Assembly: GCA_030704615.1 (NCBI GenBank)
Contig: CM060733.1
Location: forward strand, 47,244,001-47,308,000
Direction of reading: 5' to 3'
DNA from: Takakia lepidozioides
Taxonomy: Eukaryota; Plantae; Bryophyta
Length of the DNA: 64,000 nt
Shown here: positions 20,931 to 34,761 of the stretch, piece by piece
Numbering within the stretch: position 1 is the stretch's first letter
Layout: the number at the start of each line of letters is the position of its first letter
The notes under the pieces: model-generated
Told to the model about the DNA's origin: nothing
What the model saw: only the letters and a program-made list of their open reading frames with translations
The model's database searches: none
Position numbers and translations under genes: made by a program

Positions 20931-22704
20931 TTAAATCGAAGTACTGGAGTTGACCTCAACAATATGTCTTTGGTCTGGAACTCGCTCGCACGACTCGCTT
21001 TCTGACTGACGATTAGCCTCCTCCAAATTAACGCACGCCTTCACTGCTTCGGCGGTAGTAATTCTCTTAGTGCTATTCATTGTCGTATTTTTCCGTGGAG
21101 GCATTGTCCACACAACATTGTTCACGTGGATCCATTGAGGAGGATCTATCAAGTTATACTCCCAAAGTTTTGACCAGCAGTCCCTGTACCTTTCCAAGTC
21201 TGTTGGGTTACCACCTTTTCTCGGTCTCCACCACTCCACCTTCACCTTCTTAAAATTAGGATCCTCCCTTTCGCGGATCACGTCAGATATTGCCACCCCC
21301 ATCCAGACCGGGCACGTACTTGGGTCATGAGAGCGAACGAGCACATAGAACCCTTTCTCAATATCCTTGAACGGATTCAGGGATATTCTTGGTCGCTCGC
21401 ACCTCGGGCCACAATAAGGTTTTAGGATTTCACCATCTTCTTCCACATCTAGCACTATATGTAGATGGATTCCATCTCTGTGATGATTCTTGGACCAATT
21501 TATTTTTGGCCAGAATCCCTCAAAAAGCTAAATACACTCGGGAGCTTCTGGAATTGGCTTATCCAGCTCAGCGAGAATGTTTCCCCAGTACTGGTTGTAT
21601 TGTTCCATTCAACCTCTGTAATGATCGTCAAGCATCATTCCTTTCGTCCAAAAATCCCTGTATTTTTTTATTCCATTCTTAATGAATGACTATTTTTCGG
21701 AAGAGTCGTCCCCGACTCCCCAGATAGGTCTCATTGGAACGGCGTTTGGGTCTCTTTCAGGGAGCTTGGGAGTCCCGTCAGGATTGGACTTCCACATCTT
21801 CACGCTGTTGTTTGTTGGAAGCCAATCCGAATCAGAAGCGGACTTCTTGTACTTCATGACGGGCCAACCCTCGGCATCCTTAAAAAAGCGGAAGACGTAC
21901 ATCTCCGAAATCCCGACCAACGCCTCCTTTCCATCCAGAATACAACCCTTGACAAAATTCTTGAAGTCGGGAACCTCCTGAATAATCTGTGGAATGAACT
22001 GCAGATCTTGCGAGGTCATGAATGACCTCATCAAATCCGAAAGAATGTAGGTGCTTCGTTCCTTCAACTTCTTCGAAAGGTAGCTGAAGAACCCGTCGAT
22101 GTCCTCATGGGTGTGTCCGACCATTAAGAACCCTAGTTGGATTTCTTCAAAAACATCTTTGGCGGTTAGGAGGGATAGAAAAGCAAGCATCCATCTGTTC
22201 TTATTGTCCTTTGCGGAGTTGTCCATTTGCAAGTACAGTCTTCTCGGAAGTGGACGAGCACCACGTTTGTCTTCCGGCCTGCAGGATTTCAGAGCATCCA
22301 AACATTTTGATTTACCTCTTAAAAGTGATTCGAAAAACTCGTTTTGAAGTCGGTAATCGAAAATGTGCCTGGACTCACGACAGGTTGGCTTCTCCAGCTG
22401 GCGCAGGCAACGGGCCAAAGAACCAATTGTAAAGTTTGAATTTCCCTTCCAGAACTCAAGAGAATATTGTCCGTAAGCTCCATCACCGTGTCCGTGCGTG
22501 ACCATTCCCGTTAGTGAAATTGGAAGCTGACCCAATCCAGAAATCATCTTGTTTGGAGTCTGTAGCCTTGGAACAGCTGTTTTCCTATGATCCAATTTGT
22601 CGTGAATAATACAGAGAAACTCCTCCGGAATCATAACAGACTCATTCCTCCAGCTATGGTACAGTCTTCTGCACGACTCTTGGTGCCTCAAATGTTTATC
22701 AAGA
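20931..22704 (-). pseudogene. DUF7869-type (Sola-like DDD/E) transposase, 5' part cut off by retroelement 2
   Basis: IIHDKLDH...LYLQMDNSAKDNKN...FLMVGHTHEDIDGFF. Continues through in-frame stops into the 20931-21455 ORF (PVWMGVA...VKVEWWRP). Confidence 0.75.
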
Positions 22705-23245
22705 TGTCATGCACCTAAGCATCGTGCCACAACATACATCGCTATCCACCATACATTCTAAGCACACAATCCTAGAAAGCTATGCCACAATGATAATGAA
22801 AGTGAACACAAGGGAAACATTCCACTCATGAATCCACTCAATCACATAAACTAAGTCAAGCCAAGGGCACCCTTGCTAAGGGAATCCACCCTACAAAGCC
22901 CTCAACACACTCCCTCTCAATACCTAGAGCTATGGAGGTGAGAGAGGCTCATGGAGGTTCAACTACAAGAAGATGAGCCCTCCTCAACGCTCACAAGGGG
23001 AAAATCCATCCCCATGTCCCAAGTGAGGTTTGACACCTCACTTGGCATGTGAGACCAAATGAAGTCCCAACACACAAAATACAAATATAAATATCCAAAT
23101 TGTCCTAGTTAACTAGAAGTAGGTAATTCTAGTTAACCATGACTAAAACCATGACAGCTGTCGTGCACCTAAGCATCGTGCCACAACATACATCGTTGTC
23201 TACCATACATTCTAAGCACACAATCGTAGAAATCTATGCCACAAT
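22705..23245 (-). repeat. 3' terminal block of element 2 (sense Z-gc-X-Y-Z)
   Basis: 87-bp direct repeats at 22705-22791 and 23159-23245. Junction ATGACA-GC-TGTCG at 23151-23163. Confidence 0.92.
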
Positions 23246-26200
23246 CACCCCCCTAGCCGGTGATTAGGTCCCTCTAACACCGGATAGCTGACAAGTATTC
23301 ATCTCAATAAGATCATCACTTGGTCTTCAATCACACATGTCCCAATTTTTTAAAGTATATGGATCAAGAGGCCGGGTGCAACGAGAGCCCCATCATTAAT
23401 CGCCTACTTGCAATCCATGATCTTCAATTGAGTATCCATGGCGTTGAGCTCCTACAAGCTAGACCTTGGATCACTTGTCAACTCCACCATTGTCATGCCC
23501 ACTGCCTATGTCCAAGGCATCGTGGACACAACCATTCTCCACTAGAAACCTCCTCAAGTGGCGGTGTCAAGCATCCCATGTCCCACCCCCTTGAGCATTT
23601 GTCACACACCAGCATGGTTACGGCACCACCAGCATGCCCACATAGCATGCAACGTAACCCTGCAGGTACCACTGCAAGGTTGGGATCTATCCTCCCATCC
23701 ACATGTGGAAGGTGACATGGCGCACAATTGCGCACATGGTCCTTCCATACCGTGCCATCTCGACCCTCCAGAATCAACACTCCTGAAGGCAACACCTCCC
23801 GGACCCTTAGAATCACACGCCCTGCTGTGACATCCAAAGTCGTAGGCGCTGTCTGCTGCAGATACACATAGTCCCCAGGGTGGAGACGCCAAACACCTGG
23901 CCGATATCCCCCTCCACGTACAGTGGCATACCTTAATGTGTCTCGGTGTTGGGCAATAGCAAGGTTCTCAAAAGCCATAGGCATGACTCTCTTGAACAAT
24001 TCTGCCCGCTGGGCACATGCTTGTGTCCACACATCCGGATCATCAAGGTTGAGGACTACTACAGTCTCCCTACGAATAGATGCAGGCAAATCTGGCTCTC
24101 GGCCAAAGAGAAGGAAATAAGGTGAGAATGAGGCAAGTGAAGCTTGTTTGCTGAACCTATAGCCCATAGCTAGCCAAGGCAGCTGAAGGTCCCAATCTCC
24201 TAGGTGTCCCTTCTGCAAACCGTACTTGCGCAAACCTCTCTTGACTGTCTGAACAATTCTCTCCGCCAAGCCATCAGCCTCGGGATGATCCCGAGAAGTA
24301 GTGCGGTGATCTATCAAGGCTTGCTCACACAAAGCCTGAAACTCCCCCAAGAATTCTCTCTCCCTGGTCCGTGAGTATCTCGGCTGGAGCACCAAAATGG
24401 CTAAGCACTCGATCTAAGAATGCATACGCAGCCCCCTCACTTGCATTGTCAGGCAATGCCACCAGTTCAATCCATTTGGAAAAGTGTTCCACCATCACCA
24501 GCACATACTTGTTATGGCGAATCGTCAGTGGCAATGGGCCTGCGAAGTCAAGACTCCAACGATAGCCCAAACCCATAATGGGTAAATGATGCAATTGTGG
24601 AGTAGGGGCGTTGAAAGAAGCCCGCACTCTATCACACACCATGCACCTTGCCACTAACTGTTGCACATCCGTGTGCATGCCTCGCCACCAATACTGCCCT
24701 TGCAGCAAACTATGAGTGCGTCGCACCCCAAAATGTCTCAACTCCTCATGGGCATGGCGTACCAATCGCGCTCGTTGTGTTGGATGAGGCACAATCCTCA
24801 CTCGTCCATCCTCCCATACCCGGAGTAGGTGAGTCCCTTCCCACTTGAACCTCATGGCTCGTTGTAGGATCCGATCTCTTTCCTTAGCAGTCACACTGGC
24901 TGCTGTCTCTCATGTACGAAGGTAGGCCAACACTGCTGCATCTTCATGCACATCCTTAGCACCACCAAGCTCATCACTGATCTCCGGATCGTCATGCACA
25001 CCATCTACTTGACCAATGTTATGGGATGGACCAGCTTGAGCTCCCATTGCTAGGATGCACAAAAAGGCAGATGCATGCCATCCTGGCACCATCTCCTCAT
25101 CTGTCTCACCATGCCACCGAGCTCCAGTATCATCATGCTCACTCGTGCATGGATTACGACTCAATCCATATGCATCCCGATTGACAATACCGGCTTGATG
25201 CACCACCTGGAAGTCATACTCTTGAAGCATAAGTGTCCACCGTGCAAGCTTCCCTGTAAACTTGTCTGACTCCATCAACCACTTCAATGGTTGGTGATCC
25301 GTGACAAGGGTGAAGAGATTGCCATAGAGGTAGCATCTGAAATGTGTCACTGCCCATACCGCAGCTAGACACTTCCCTTCATATGAACTATACTTCGTCT
25401 CGGCATCATTGTTCGAGCGGCTAGCATATGCCACTACGAACTCTCTTCCCTCATCATCCACTTGTGTGAGCACTGCTCCAATCCCCAGCATACTCCAATC
25501 TGTATGTAGCTGGAAAGGCCGCCCCCGAATAGGCCGCCTCAGAATAGGTGCAGAAGTCAATCGAGCCTTGAGTTCCTCAAAGGTTTCCTCCTGTTCCTCC
25601 TCCCACTACCACTCCTGACCCACCTTGGTCAACTTGGTAAGAGCCTTTGCAATGCTGCTAAATCCCTTGACAAACCGTCGATAGTAGTTTGTCAACCCCA
25701 TGAAAGCACGCACTCTGCTAACATCTATGGGGCGTGGAATGCGTGCAATGGCCTCCACCTTCGTCTTTTGAACACCCAATCCTCCAGGGTATATCATGTG
25801 GCCCAGATACTCAATCTGGTTGTGGAAGAACTTGCACTTCTCAGGGTGCAATTTCAACCCGTGCGCTCTCAAGCGCTCAAACACCACCTGAAGGTGTCTC
25901 TCATGCTCCTCAACCGTAGCACTAAAGACGATGATGTCATCAATGTAGCACCGGGCGAAGTCTAGCCCCACGAGAATCCTATCCATGACCCTGTGAAACT
26001 CTGCAGGAGCATTCTTCAGCCCAAACGGTAAGAACCGCCATTGGTACAAGCAATCCTTCTCATGTTGGTCAATCCCCCAGAATGTCGTCTTTTGCTTATC
26101 AGCCTCTTTGATTGGCAACTGGTGGTAACCAGATCGCAAGTCCAATGTGCTAAACACCTTTGCATGCCCAATGGCATCAAAGATCTCCTCTGGAGTTGGC

Positions 26201-27039
26201 ATGGCATATCTATTGGACTTAGTCTGACGGTTCACAGGACAATAGTCCCCACACATCCTTCTTTCTGTCCAATTGCCATAGATATCCTTCTTAGCTGGCA
26301 TCACCGTTGCCGAGGCATACTCCCCGCCTGACAACTCCACCAATCCAGCTTCAAACAACTCCATAGTCCGTGACTGGATCAATGACCTCTTCATGTCACT
26401 ATACCGGTAGGGCCTTCGAAAGATTGGCGTGTCACTTGCCAAATTAATACGAATCTCCTGACCCTTCAAACTCCCCAAATCCTTCAAACAGAAGGCAAAG
26501 CAATTTCTATAAGCCCTTAGAAATCGCTGGATCCTCCGTCTCTCTCCTCCAGTGATTGTAGGTCCAACATCTGGTTCCCAATTGTCCTCAGTGACTGCAA
26601 CCTTGGGTACACCGGGCTTGGAGGTAGGAGACGAATCCTTTGGTTGCTAGATAGCAACCTCTTGGGCCTTGTCCACCCAATCTGACTGTGGCGTAGCCTC
26701 CACTTGCTCCACCATAGCCACCTTGAGAACATCCTTTGAGCAAGAAATATTCTCAACCTCTTCAAAAACCTTGGCTACCTTAGCCTCCAACTGATCCTCG
26801 GTCCATGGCTCTCCCCACTCCTCATACTGTTGCTTGAGAGATCCAATGACTCTCTCTTTGCGCATCTCATCCCACATCTGCCATGGGTGTTTGCAACCCA
26901 CGATCTTGTGCTCGCCCCCACTCAGTGCCTCAACCGTCCCGGTTGGCAGGGAGGATGCACCATCCAATGGGAGTGTAGAAGTAGCCATCAATGCTTGCAA
27001 TCTCCGTTGCTCAGCCATGCACAAGCCAATTATCCATGT

Positions 27040-27965
27040 CAAGCAATTTATATCCATTGCCTGACCCAATACCTGGCGTCGTGATGCCTCTGACAGAGCT
27101 GGCACAGCTGTAGTGCCCATGACAAACCCCATTGCCCGCTCGCGCTCATCCGCATTGGGCTCCACCAATTGCTGTAGCACACTGTCCCAAATTAACCCAG
27201 GACCATTGTCTCGAAAAGCATGAGACGAGGGAAAGCTCATGAGTGTAGGCAAGGCTGTACATGGCTGCCCCACTTGATTGACCACTGCTAGAGGTGGACG
27301 GTCATCATGTCGCACCCTCTGTGATTGCCTCCCTTGGTCCAAAATGCCTCAACCGTGAGATTGGGTGGCCGTTGAATGGAATCATATGCTCTCTTGAGCT
27401 CTGGTGGTGCAAGATTGGTCCACCACAATCGAGGTCGATGCACGCGTGATCCCACCGCTGCTGCATCCAATAGCACCGCCGATCCAATCCAAGACCGCAC
27501 CTGATGCACACTGGCCATTACCCTGGCCCGAGAATCCCCCATAAGAGGAATATTCTCCAAGATATAGCCTAGAGGTTGCACTTGCCTCGTCTGCAAGTCC
27601 CACAACACTCGCAACATCTCCCAAAACAAATGCGATCGTGCATCATGCAAGTCATTCCCATGACCTGTGGGAGAGTGTCCTTGGCAAGACCATCCAGCTA
27701 TCACCAAGTCAATGGCACCATGCCGGTCCAAATCTTCCGCCCCCAGCAAGGTAATGTCTGCTGGCAAGACCTTTTGATACCCTTGAATTGCTGAGAGAGG
27801 CAACAACTCAGGATACCGGTGTGTGAGCAAGGCGATGTGGCGCATAGAAATACGCCGAGCTATCTCATGCTTCTCCACATACAAGTACTTGCGTACCTTA
27901 ATCCCTGCTTGCAACACTCCTGCAAGCCCAATGCTCATACCTCCAAACAGGTCTAGCAAGCAAAT
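27040..27965 (-). pseudogene. C5-cytosine DNA methyltransferase domain within Pol (element 2)
   Basis: LDLFGGM, AGWSCQ (PC altered to SC), ENI, HRPRLWWTNL, ERERAMGF, LGQAMD. One frameshift near 27345. Confidence 0.9.
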
Positions 27966-30726
27966 CCTTGAGTCAGGTGGTTGCTAGGTAATGGGCACTG
28001 TATCCAAATGAGCTAACTGAGGAGGTCCATGTGATGTCACTGAACTCCCCTCACTCACCAATGGATAGGCCTCCTGCCATGCTTGGTGCACACACTCGTC
28101 TGCTACTCGATGCAAATTCCCAACTGTACCCTACAGTGGAATATGAACAGGCACATAAGGAAGCAAATCAGCCTTGTATGCCAATTATTTGTACTCATCA
28201 GGTGGTGGCCTATCATCTGCATGGCTATTGCCCTCCAAGAGCTCACCATCCCAAGCCACCACCCCTGAGAATGCAGCCAATGTGGGCATCATGTTCCTAT
28301 GATCCACCGCTACATTCCCAATAAACCGCACTGGGAGCAGTGCACGTCGGCCATCTCCTGACTGCCATTCTGGCCCATAGGATGTTGTTTCCTCCCAAAA
28401 GTCCAGAGTGAATCCCATAGGGTATAACACCGCCCCACCAACAAGCACATCATAAGACATCGCGTCCGTAACAATGGCTTTAGCTCTCATGACTGAGCCG
28501 TCCGTAAGATGATCCGGCTGCAATCGAATGAAGAGCTCATGGCGTGTAATCCCTCGTGCCTTCTCTGAACCGCCCAAAGATGTTTGAATTTGGAAAGGGC
28601 AAGGCTCCAAATCCGCCTCTGTAAGGCCCAAGCCTACAATTGCTGCTCTGCCCAACATCAATGGCTATGCTCCGAGTCCAACAAGACCCGCAGTGGCCTA
28701 TACCTCCTCCTGGCTAGGCCACCCAATTGAAACACACCATCCTGATTGTCCACCAGGACTACCCCAGGAGTCACCATACTGCGCTCAATGGCTGGCCTAG
28801 CTGGCAACTCCTGCAACCTTGCAGCTGCCGCTTGCCATGGCGCAGCTGTGGCTGTCTTCACCCTTGAATCCAAGGCATTCATGCATTGCACCTTATCCGC
28901 TATCCCTACAGATAGTGCCGATGCATCACCACTCTCACTGAGTGCAGCTGCCAGTCTAAACACTGCAGCTGGCCGCATCCCCGACATTGCAACTGTCGTG
29001 GCAGAAAACAATGGAGCTTGGCAAATCACCGTAGCCGCCCCCAACAATGTACTGGCTACACCTTGCTTTGCAGTACCACCCACAAGCATTTCCCGAGCCA
29101 TACCAACTCTCCCCAATGGCACTCGTGGCTCTACCTCTGACACACTTGGGCGAGCGGGTGCCATCGATGGCATAGTTGGCACTGTCTCAGCCAATGTGAA
29201 AGACTGTGGAAGCCTTATCTGCCGACTTGTTTCCCCTCTTTGTGGATCAAAATCCACATCCGCTCCTCTTGGCTCAGGAGCATGCGTTGCTGCTCGAGTG
29301 AAAGTAGCTGCAGAGTCCACATGCAATGGTCTTGCAAGTGCGGCTCCACACATGAAGCCCATACCAATCTGGTCTTCCCTAGGCATAGGAGGTTGTGCAG
29401 GTGGGGCTTGAACCTCAGGCCTTGGAGCTGGCGCAACATGAGTAGTGGTAGGTTGTGCCTGTGCCGGCCCTTTGCCTCTCTCCGGGCAATCTCTCTTAAC
29501 ATGGGGTCCTCCACAATCCCAACATGTCACTCCCGACTGTTGTTGGCCTGAGAATGAAGGAAGTGACCTCTGCAATTGCGATCATCTCTGTCCTTCCCTG
29601 GGCTTCGCCTGAGCCCCTTTGTTGCCTTGAGCACGTTGGGGTAGTGGTTGTTGTTGGCTAGGAGCCTCACTTCGTTGTGTCTCCTTACCGAACCCCACCA
29701 TGACCACTCGCTCCTCCACCATATTGAGCTCTATCCGCTCTGCCAGCAAAAACACGTTTGCTAGGGTGGGTTGGGCCACTTGTAGGAGAGTTGCATCCCG
29801 CACCCTTCTCCTCAGCTCCTTGTCCAATATCCCATACCAGAATTGGACTGCTTGAGCTTCTGTAACCCCTTGGGTTACGTTTATCAAGCGCCTCATGAGC
29901 GTGTAAGCCTCCATTAAACTCTCGGCAGGCTTTCGTTGGAACTCTTGCAAACTCCGTAATTTCTCCGTCCTTATCCCTTGGTAGTTTCTCCTTAACTCCT
30001 CGAAGAACTCCACAACTGGGTTAAAGGCAGGCACGGGTGTTGGTGCTGCAGCAGGAGCTTGGGTGGACTTCCCAGCTCTTGTTCCACTTGACGTCCCACT
30101 GCTGCTTGCAGAAGCTGCCGGTGTCACCACTGCCCTTGTGCCTCTAGTGATGGAGACATAGTCAGGTGACCAATACACCCGCCATTCCTCAATCTCCACC
30201 TCATGTCCCCGCCTAAACTCATGGTAATCATCCATGGGCGGCCCCTCAAGGTGCTGAAACAGCCCCTTTCATGCCATAAAAGGCGTAAACAGTTGTGGAT
30301 TGCGCATCTGCTGCAAATCACACCAACTGTCAAACTCTTGTATGAAGTCATCAAGCTCGATGGTGCCCATAGCTCCAGAGTACCTACGTGGCCTCTTGGT
30401 AGCTCCATACATCTCTTCCATCGTGTCCCACAGCAATGGCACGGAAATGACTTGCACCCTCGGCGAGAATCCTCCTGACTCCGAGTCTGACCTTCCTCAG
30501 AAGACACTGAAGGTGACAGTGGCCTAAACCGCACACCTCGTCTTGTATACCCACTAGTATTGCTGGTGCTCGTACAGGCGCCCTCCTCAGCAACTGGTGA
30601 CACCTCCGTGATGAAAACTCACAACCACACCTGTTGTAAACTTGTCTCTAATCCTCCTTTCCACAAGGTAACCGGGTAGAGAACCTGTTGCAGCTTATGG
30701 CTTAGACTACTAGGTTCGTAACATAA

Positions 30727-30970
30727 ACCTGCACCTGCATCCACCGCAAGCACTCCTATGGTCTGCTGGTCATCAACCCAGCCTCACCATAAGAGAAACA
30801 ATGATGGTCTGACTGGTCATCACCCCAGCCTCACCACCGACAGCACGTTCTAGGATTGGCCGGTGATCAAATCCGGACCAACCTCCTATGAAAACAAGCG
30901 CCCACACAAAGCTAACATGGCGAACAGTCAAGCATGCAGGTGTGGAGGGGATCCAAACACAAGAAAATCA
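30727..30970 (-). promoter_or_regulatory. Conserved structured leader RNA (element 2)
   Basis: Homolog of 16698-16940; closing helix 30732-30740 with 30934-30942. Confidence 0.7.
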
Positions 30971-31384
30971 ATACAGCAACTCCCCCACACCAAAAACACT
31001 CCACAATGTCGCTTCTGCAATGACACCCCAGCCCAAACCCGGACTGACTCTTGCCTCCACCTACGGAAAGGTTTTGGCCTACAGAGAGGGTGGAAGACTA
31101 CAAGGAAGAGAGAGTAAAGCAATTCATATCACAGCATGCTCTCATCCCACTACCCTATCTCCACACTCTCTTGAACAATAGACAAGACTACCTTTCAAGG
31201 GTCTCTCAAATAACTCTCCATGAGCCCTCAAGAATATGTCTCTCAAACAATCTTACTAATCCTTGCACGATGGGACTCCAAAACAGTACACCAAGGCCCC
31301 AAGCTTGCCAAAACTTAGCCCTCGAGGACCCCAATAGTCCCTCACACAAGTCGCCAAAGACTCCTCAAGCTCGCCAAATATTGG

Positions 31385-31515
31385 CCTCCAAGGACCCCAA
31401 ATAGTCCTCCAAAGAACTCCAAATGGTCCTCCAAATGGTCCTCCAAACAGTCCTCCAAGGACTCCCAATGGTCCTCCAAATGGTCCTCTAAGGACCCCAA
31501 ACAGTCCTCCAAGGA
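31385..31515 (+). repeat. Degenerate 12-bp minisatellite (GGTCCTCCAAAT-like)
   Basis: Repeated GGTCCTCCAAAT, AGTCCTCCAAGG and GGACCCCAAA units. Confidence 0.8.
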
Positions 31516-31989
31516 ATGTAGTTCCAAGGTAAATTATTCCTTCGTTGCGTTTTCATTCCATCCAGGATGTCGAGTGCTCAAGGGACAATTTTCTGTGCTT
31601 GCATGTTGTTGCCCCTCCACTCCTCCCGTCGTTCAATAGAAAAACATCTCCAACATCGACACAGCGTGACCCTGAACTGCTGGCACAATGTTCTGCACCA
31701 AAGAGGCGAAAAAGAGCCCCCGAACCATTTCTTTCCTCTACAGGAAATCTTTCCAACGGACAAAAGCCTAACAAGAAAAAAAGAGCGGACGCCAAACACT
31801 TGAGGACTCCCTCGGATGTTGTGGCGCCTCGTCAATCCAAGCCCGCGGGAATCCACTGTTCTTCTACAAGACATTCCAATAAGGCTTCAATGGTACATTT
31901 CAAAACAATTTCTCCACTTTCGTTTGCAGTTTGTTTTGATGTCCCAAACTAACTCCGTAATTTTTATACAAGCGAGTATGGGATGCTCG

Positions 31990-32456
31990 AGTGCTTAGTT
32001 CCTACAAAAATTGCGAAGAAGTTTGCTTCATCTGGTCAGCTGAGGATTGCAAAGACACTACAGGTTACATCATGCCTGGGATGAAATATCTCGTTAAGGA
32101 TATTCACACTGTTCTTGCCAAGTACCCTGGTACACCCTTTGCAACGCAGGGACAAATACTCCTTGTCGATGATGAGCTATGAAAGGGCCTCCGAAACCCA
32201 CCAAATATTGGATTCTTCCCTATTTCATACAAGCCATCACCAAAGGGGTTGGTTGACCTGGATGATATGACAAAAGTTGTGTGGCCATATATATTGAAAA
32301 TGGCTGCAGCTTCAACAGTCGTAGATTACATCAGCGAGAACCTTGCCAAGTATTCTCGTAAGCCTATTGGTCGCGACCATGCCTATTGGGCTTGGTATGG
32401 AAGATATGTTGATCCTCGTGTTTGGATCCCACAACAAAAGGAACCTGATTACCTTG
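31990..32456 (+). pseudogene. Second FCP1/NIF-like domain fragment (C-terminal half), within the TIR element
   Basis: CFIWSAEDC...KYLVKDIHTV...QILLVDDEL*KGLRNPPNIGFFPISY parallels LVFQWD..HC...FKNL...VLVDDTPRKAANNPP..GIFP at 4600-4800. Confidence 0.6.
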
Positions 32457-33401
32457 GTATCTACTTATCTTACTGTTTGTTGTTTATGGAGAATTTGATC
32501 TTGAAAGTGTCTTCCACTTGCACTTTGACTTTATCATTTTTTCTACAAATGTTCCACATTTCAGCTGACATTTGTCATATGAAAAATTGTTTTGCCCAGT
32601 CACATTCAAGGACCGAATTCGAAAAAAAAAAAAAAAAAGCTTCGTGATTGGCAAGAATGGCGGGCTTCCCGGCAGGCTTCAAGGGCATCAAGAGATTCAA
32701 CAAGTAGAGTTCCAAGTAACATTTCGAATGATAATGTTACTACTAGGTTCGAGTTCTCCGAAAGTATTTCCGTTTCCTCTGGTGCGGAGACCGTTGCAAG
32801 TGGTTGTTGTAACCGGAGGCGTCTTCGAACACATGCCTTGACTGCGAGCCGTTTGGGAGGAGGCTCTGTAATATTAATGGGTTAGTGTAAGCCGTTGTAT
32901 GGCTTCGAGCCGCTGGATAACATTAAGTCCAACGGATGTACAGTTGAAGTTACATTATGTCTGACTGCAACGCCAAAGTTGCAATCTCTAATAAAATATG
33001 AATGTTTATCATCAATGTAGGCGGACTCATTTTTTCATGTCATCTTCTTCATCACATGCCATGATTGTTCTATGTTTGGTTTTGTATGTCATCTGATATG
33101 AGAACCATTTTGTGCAAAAAGTTTTACATATCTGACCTCACATCATGGTGTAATTTATTGCATCCTCCCATGATTTTTTTCATGAACGTCAACTTGGCAG
33201 TGGATGTTCTTCTAAAACCACAATACATACTTATATTGTCTCCAAAAAATGTTTGGAGGATTATTGTTCATGGTTATATTGTGCATAAAATAGTCAAATA
33301 ATCATATATATCGCTTTATTTCAATAATAAATTTTGTTTATTCATATTTCTCATATTACTTCTGGACCAAACAAAAGTCCAGAATTAGTTAAAATAATGT
33401 T

Positions 33402-34761
33402 TTCTTTGAAACGGCACCCTCCCCTCCTTCAGAGACCTCCGTGCGCACAGGAGAATTCACAGCAGGATCCTGCCAAGTAGGGACGGTGGCCATGGCTATT
33501 GGCCAGAAGGCCGTGGACCATACTGGCCATACTGTCCATAAGCAAGAGGATATTCCGGTGGCCTGCCACCCCCATAGCTATTAGGGGGTGGCAAATATGG
33601 TGGAGGAGGATACTGCCCATACTGCCCATATGGAGGAGCACCATATTGACCCTGACCATACTGAGTGCCAGATTGTGGGTACTGAGGCATACCATAATAA
33701 GGTGGGGGTACTGGTGGCACAGAACCCAAAACGATGGGAGAGTTAGGGCCACCTCCTGCGTTCTTGTGGGCGCCATCTCCATTGCTAGCAGCATGGATCG
33801 TGGATCCAGTGCACTTGTGCTTGCCCTGAAAAGAAATTCCCCCAGTACAATGTGGGTGATTACACATATATATAGGCAGCAAGCAGCAAATCCTTGCATT
33901 CAAGATAACAAACTGGAAGCACATATGATTTGTAAAGACAAGATTACCCAAAACTCAGTATGATCTTGGGCAGTAAATCTCCCAAATTTCCCAATACATT
34001 TTTGAACCCTCTTAGGTATGGGGTGTTCCTGAAATCCATAGCAAGCATTCAAAGGGACAAACCTGATGGGTCCATGAGAAGTATCCCTCCAAGTTTTACT
34101 GATATTCTAGGTGCATAAGTAACCCAAGTATCTCTATAAGTAGCCATTGTAGCTTAGTACCAGGACGTTGGTTTCATGGGGCAAAGAATTTGAACACACC
34201 TGAAGTCTACATTGGGCTGACATCATGCCTTTGGCACTTCAACTTGTCTAGTGGAAATCATTTGTGATTGTGCCTTGGTTGACCCCTGCATTGTCCAACT
34301 CCCTGTCTTGACAGACATACCCTATCTCTTCGTGATTTTACCAAAAACATACATAATTTGAATCATGGTCATTGTGAAGAACTATAACTCACAGACGGAG
34401 AAGGTGTTCGTAGTGTAGATGATGGGCATTTTTGTCCTGCGACATGAGCCTGGGCATGTTCTCCTCGGCTCGTCGTGGCATCTGCCGACGACGCACTCGC
34501 CTTACACTGGCGTGGGAGGAGTGGATCGTCCTCATCGTCCTCAGAAGAGCCCTCATGCAGAATCGGAGTCTTCATCGTCTTCAGTCTGGCACTTTGCCTT
34601 GCAGGACCTTGATCCCTAGTTTTTTCCTTCGGAGCGCGTGGCTTGCGAGGGCGTTTTGCTCGTGCAAGCCTGCACAAACACCTCCATGACCTCCCTCTCA
34701 AACAATCACAAACAAATGCAAGCATACATACCCTAATACTCTTAAGCCTACGCTGAACCAC
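33402..34761 (-). pseudogene. 5' exons of the TnpA-like gene (basic, then Pro/Tyr/Gly-rich)
   Basis: ORFs 34369-34761 and 33496-33951 have plausible splice sites. The frame continues across the insertion into 6498. Confidence 0.55.

Larger units (their letters stand above)
22705..31530 (-). mobile_element. Ty3/gypsy-type retrotransposon 2 (diverged relative of element 1); 5' end missing
   Basis: Same domain order: gag about 29470-30430, PR about 28370-28700, DNMT about 27040-27965, RT/RH about 25150-26490, IN about 23830-24760, PHD about 23510-23655. Begins TGTCATG after AAGA. No second copy of X or of the TSD found, so the right boundary is approximate. Confidence 0.9.
6499..33401. mobile_element. 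TIR DNA transposon with 4-bp TSD (26.9 kb including nested retroelements)
   Basis: Left end AACACTATTTTAATTAATTCTGGACTTTTG; right end CAAAAGTCCAGAATTAGTTAAAATAATGTT (2 mismatches in 30). TTCT at 6495-6498 and 33402-33405. Excision restores ...EGAVSKN-DRTNALRRANSSAKIEAAKVKEERIAAG. Confidence 0.85.

Noticed and set aside
10063-30527. Numerous plus-strand ORFs overlapping gag-pol (e.g. 28746-29411, 15163-15702)
   Set aside because: They are antisense shadows of GC-rich coding sequence with no independent motifs.
31385-31515. CRISPR-like or coding repeat (LEDHLED ORF)
   Set aside because: It is a short minisatellite without unique spacers, in a eukaryotic context; the ORF is a by-product.
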